Origin: Vitrella brassicaformis CCMP3155
Taxonomy: Eukaryota; Protista; Chromerida
DNA length: 63,973 nucleotides
Direction of reading: 5' to 3'
Assembly (NCBI GenBank): GCA_001179505.1
Contig: CDMY01000305.1
Location: 186,028-250,000, forward strand
The position numbers and the translations under genes are program-made. Positions 60,263 through 63,973 of the stretch are shown here, one piece after another (positions within the stretch are counted from its first letter, which is position 1; every line of letters starts with the position of its first letter). The notes under the pieces are model-generated. The model worked only from the letters and a program-made list of their open reading frames with translations, was not told where the DNA came from and searched no databases.

Positions 60263-60747
60263 ATGTCGCTGAAGACGGACGCTCTGCCGCAGGTGAGTGG
60301 GGAGGAATGACACACATCACATATACACGCAGGAAGAAAGACGGGAAGAAAGATGGATACAGATCTTGATCTTCCCCACACGTGGGTGTGTGATGCCCCT
60401 TGCAGCACTTCCCCCACTTCGCAGCCTGGTACGGCCAGACGCCGTCGTTTCTGTCATGGGCGGACCCTTTAGCGCCGCTGCCTTCCTGCATGGACGAGTG
60501 GCGGACGTGGTACTACGGCATCGGGAGCGCTCTGCACGTTTGGCGCATGAAGCATGCCAACACTGACCTGCGGCAGGTGGTGGCTGAGTCGACCGAGCAG
60601 CTGATGCTGTGCATCAAGATGAGAAACATGTCGGCACACGAGCGGCCCATGGCCATGCGCGAGAGGCACGTCCTGCGGTTCCCGAAGGTCAACGACGTGT
60701 GGACCTACAGGCAGCCGCCCCCCATGCCCGCACAAGTGCTCATGTGA
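60263..60747 (+). CDS. DUF3128 / Emi1 / C22orf39 (UPF0545)-like small protein
   Basis: Exons 60263-60292 and 60406-60747. PSCMDEW..WYY..LMLCIKMR..NDVWTYRQPPP resembles the family's C..W/F..C..C pattern and terminal DVW.R..PP motif. Confidence 0.6.
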
Positions 60748-60751
60748 TCTG

Positions 60752-61453
60752 ATGGCTCCCAAGAGAAAAGGGAAGAAATCGATTGCGGCTTCGTCAGCCT
60801 CATCGGCATCAGCTGCAACAGTCACTTCTATCATTACGAGGGAGGACCTTGAGCGCGCTATGTCGACTGTCGAGGCCTTCCAGACGGTGCGTGGGGTCTT
60901 GTCGCGCTTCCTGCAGGCCGTCACCATACTCGTAGACAAACTGCGGCTCCACCACTCGTCAACACCTGACAATAACGCCGTGCTGCCGGCCGTCCTGTCG
61001 GTGCCCGGTGCGCACGAGCAGTTTGTGGCCATCAACGTCACCAAGATCCACCACATCCTTGACGATATGCTCGAGCAGCTCAGGCGCTTTTCCAAGCAGC
61101 ACCCACATGACAAGTTCCAGCGACTGGCCGAGCGAATCGAGACAACGGCGAACCGGGCGCTGCTGTTGGGCACTGGTGCCGCCCCATTGTCGGATGATAC
61201 TGTGGCCGGTGACCCCTGTGTGCTGCTGCGTGTGTCGCGAGCGGCGTTTGGTGTACTGGATGTGTGTGAGGGGGCAAATGAGGCCATCAGCAGCATCCGT
61301 GCCGGCCTGCCGAGCGACCTGGGCGCTGTTGATGCGGCGAATGGTCGACTGAGCGGGTTAATTGGCGAGGGGGGACAGCAGGACAGGATAGTCGATGAGG
61401 CCAGGAAGGCTTTGATGGGGGAGAAGGAGCGGACGGCAGGCACACAAGGGTAG
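60752..61453 (+). CDS. Intronless 233-aa helical hypothetical protein with a basic NLS-like start (MAPKRKGKK)
   Basis: Uninterrupted ORF with coding-like composition and no microsatellites. Confidence 0.6.
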   Translation: MAPKRKGKKSIAASSASSASAATVTSIITREDLERAMSTVEAFQTVRGVLSRFLQAVTILVDKLRLHHSSTPDNNAVLPAVLSVPGAHEQFVAINVTKIHHILDDMLEQLRRFSKQHPHDKFQRLAERIETTANRALLLGTGAAPLSDDTVAGDPCVLLRVSRAAFGVLDVCEGANEAISSIRAGLPSDLGAVDAANGRLSGLIGEGGQQDRIVDEARKALMGEKERTAGTQG

Positions 61454-61568
61454 AGAGAGAGCGATGCACACGAGTGGGTTAGGGCAGACGGGGGAAAAGG
61501 GCGAGGTCGTCCAAAAGCCCTGAATTGATAAGTCAGCGCTTGCGAACCTATCTTTCTGCCCGTCGAAG

Positions 61569-62313
61569 ATGATTCAAGCCAACAAGGCGAACTTGGTGAC
61601 AGATCTGTCCCTCCGGACGCTCGACATCCGTCAGTACGAGATGGACTACTGGATGGGCGTCTTCAACAAGCTGGGCACCATCGCCTCCACCCTGGGCGGC
61701 TTCGCATCCACCAACATGCTCATCGACACCGGCTTCGAGGGCAAGCGCCGCAACCAGCTCCTGTTGCTGTCCTACATTCTGGCGGCCGGCAGTGCGCTGG
61801 GCTTCAACCTGGTGCTGTTTACCATCTCGACGCTCGTCGGTATCTGGGCGCCCGGCAAGGCGCTGCGCGGAGAGGGGCACGAGAGCATGGAAGAGGTGAG
61901 TGAGTATCAGACAGAGGGTGGGAGGGAGGGAGGGAGATTCACTCAGTGCTCTTTTGGTCTTGTACTACGTTCCTTCCTGGTGGGTGCAGGCGATTCGGAT
62001 CATGGAGGACCTGTTTGATCGGAGTCTGTTCTTCTTCCTGGCGGGTCTGCTGTCTTACTTCCTCTCGTCCATCCTGGCGGTCTTCTGGCTGTTCGATTCC
62101 GCCGGGGCCTTCATCATCTTCGCCGGTCTGGTGGGCTTCCTGCTCGTCATGGGCCGGCAGCTCGTCAAGATCTACCAGGCCTTCGTGCCTTCGTCATTCC
62201 GCCACGGCGGCCTCAAGGGCAACCCCGCACCCAACATCGGCCAAACTATGAACCCACAAGACCCGAGGCTGCGCGGCCAGCAGTTCCAGGCGTCGTTTGT
62301 CGAGGCGCTGTGA
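61569..62313 (+). CDS. 4-TM membrane protein, Orai/CRAC-like
   Basis: Exons 61569-61895 and 61990-62313. TM1 TIASTLGGFASTNML and TM2 NLVLFTISTLV resemble Orai TSALLSGFAMVAM and HLFALMISTCI; a GKALRG..SM loop follows TM2. Confidence 0.55.
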
Positions 62314-62898
62314 TTGCAGCGGGTGGGTGGGGCCGTGCCGCTGTTGGTAGAAGACAGAAGAGAACAAGATAATAGGAGAGTGTGTGTATTGTACAGTGGG
62401 GCGCATCGCATGGGTGGCGGGAGAGATGCATGGCTCGTGATACAGACGAGATGAGATATGTGGCTGGAGGGTGGATGGATGGGCAGAGGGATTGTGTGAA
62501 CCGCGCTCGACGAGGCGCCGGGGATGTGTCTTATCTACATCTGTGAGGGGCGTGTGTGCAATTGATTGCTCAGAGGGAGGGAGAGGGGTCGAGCCAGATC
62601 TGACACGAACGAGAAGAGTCACGTATCTGCGCATCCTTTGTGTCGTGTCTGTCATCCTGTTGCTGCGCCCATGTCGGTCTATGGACTGTGTCGGTTGAGA
62701 GCACAGTCTTCACACCGGCGTGGGTGCGGTGGCAGGCAGGCAGACAGACAGACTGACCGACCGACCGACCGACCGTGCATGCCTTGAGTACTACCACACG
62801 CAACGCTTAAAGCCTACACAGACACAACTCGGGACCCTCACCCTAAGGCTTCCGTTTACAACTCTCTCTTTTCTCTTCATGTCGCCTTTCTCTTCACG

Positions 62899-63973
62899 AT
62901 GAGTCAACTACGGTGGCTATCCGTCCTTATCTCATGCAGATCTCTTGTTTGTGGGGGCCAGACACCGTTTTCGAACGGTTCCCATCCCTCCCCACCGATA
63001 TGGCACCAGCGAGATGCCGTCAGGAGGAGAACGAGGAGCCTCCAATTCATGGACCCGATGAGCGAGGTGGAGTACAGACGAAACTGGAAGCCCTGCGCCA
63101 AGTGCCTCATCAAGACGCCCGAGGAGATGCCGGGCATGGAGAAACTCTACTGGAACCTGAAGGAGCTCTTCGTGACGCACTCTGCTCTGATCTCTCCTGT
63201 CTATTACGCCTTCCCAAAGGACACTGACGAAGTGGCTGAAGTGGTCAAGGTGAGGAGAGCGGGGATGAGCCGCCCATCCACGGCAGGGACGGTCCCTTTG
63301 CTTTGTGCGTTTCCTGCTGCTTTCAGAAAGTCCACCAGGCGCGTGGGGTGGTTCGTGTGCGGTCTGGTGGCCTCTCCTACGGGCCCTACTCAGCCTGCAG
63401 GAGAGGGGACATCCACTACCTCTTTCCCTTCACCCCGTGTGTCGTTATGGACCTCACACGCATCAACCACACACAATTCAGGCCGCCAGACCGAGGCCTT
63501 CATGAGATTACCATTGGCGGCGGGGCGCTGATGGAGCAGCTACTGCAGCCATTCATCTCCCGCAAGATCGCCATCCCATTCGGCGGAAGTGGAAAGGTGG
63601 GCGTTGCCGCCTATATCATGGGCGGTGGCCTGGGGTTCATGAGCAGGGAGCTGGGGCTGCTGAGCGACCTGGTGTTCAGGATGACTGTGGTGTTGGCCGA
63701 CGGTAGTGTGATGGAGGGGGTCAGCAAGGAGGAAGAGTCCGATCTCTTCTGGGCATTACGTGGGGGAGGCGGGGGCAACCTCGCCGTGGTCACGGAGATC
63801 ACTCTCCACCTGCCTGCAAACTTTGCCGTGTGAGCGAGCCGAGCGAGAGACGCATAGATGCGCGACGATCTGTTGTTTTGGTCAGGTCGGCTTGTGAGGC
63901 GGGCTCACGTGTGTATGAGATGAAGTATGCCGAGCAGGCCTACCAATTCTGGTTCGACAAGGCCATCGACACG
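62899..63973 (+). CDS. FAD-binding (PCMH/berberine-bridge-enzyme-like) oxidoreductase, probably secreted; 3' truncated
   Basis: PVYYAFPKDTDEVAEVVK, RVRSGGLSY, VVMDLTRIN, TIGGGA, GVAAYIMGGGLG..GLLSD, VVLADG and DLFWALRGGGGGNLAVVTE. Confidence 0.85.

Noticed and set aside
60469-61443. 324-aa antisense ORF (also 3457-4221, 5002-5874, 2568-3077, 30098-31171 and similar)
   Set aside because: These are shadow ORFs opposite GC-rich coding exons, with no motifs of their own.
1-63973. ORFs rich in CVCV / THTH / DGWM / TDRQ
   Set aside because: These are translations of intronic (TG)n, (CA)n, (GGAT)n and (GACA)n microsatellites.

Overview
Eukaryotic, GC-rich, gene-dense and very intron-rich DNA. Introns are mostly short and full of (TG)n/(CA)n, (GACA)n and (GGAT)n microsatellites. 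The style and gene content suggest a chromerid alveolate such as Vitrella (inference, not verified). There are seven fixed 300-N assembly gaps. About 26 protein-coding loci were reconstructed by hand from splice signals and reading phase. They include a GH13-like/GT5/CBM48 alpha-glucan synthase, a P450, APC and SLC43-like amino-acid transporters, an apparently cytosolic SBPase, a bacterial-type DUF1338 enzyme, ThrRS, a DUF3128-like gene, an Orai-like 4-TM protein and a BBE-like flavoprotein. No rRNA, tRNA, CRISPR array or intact transposon was recognised. The most unusual region is 42.5-52.8 kb. It holds a tandem array of 2-3 genes for a stand-alone NEURL4-type ADP-ribosyltransferase-like domain and a small gene for a Crinkler-type ubiquitin-like header. 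The header gene and one ART copy sit behind the same duplicated ~260-bp upstream block. Other highlights are a ThrRS spliced to a C-terminal EF1B/GST-like domain, a perfect 29-bp inverted repeat hidden by a false gap, and two tandem ORFs only 4 nt apart. Family calls come from motif recognition only; no database search was run.
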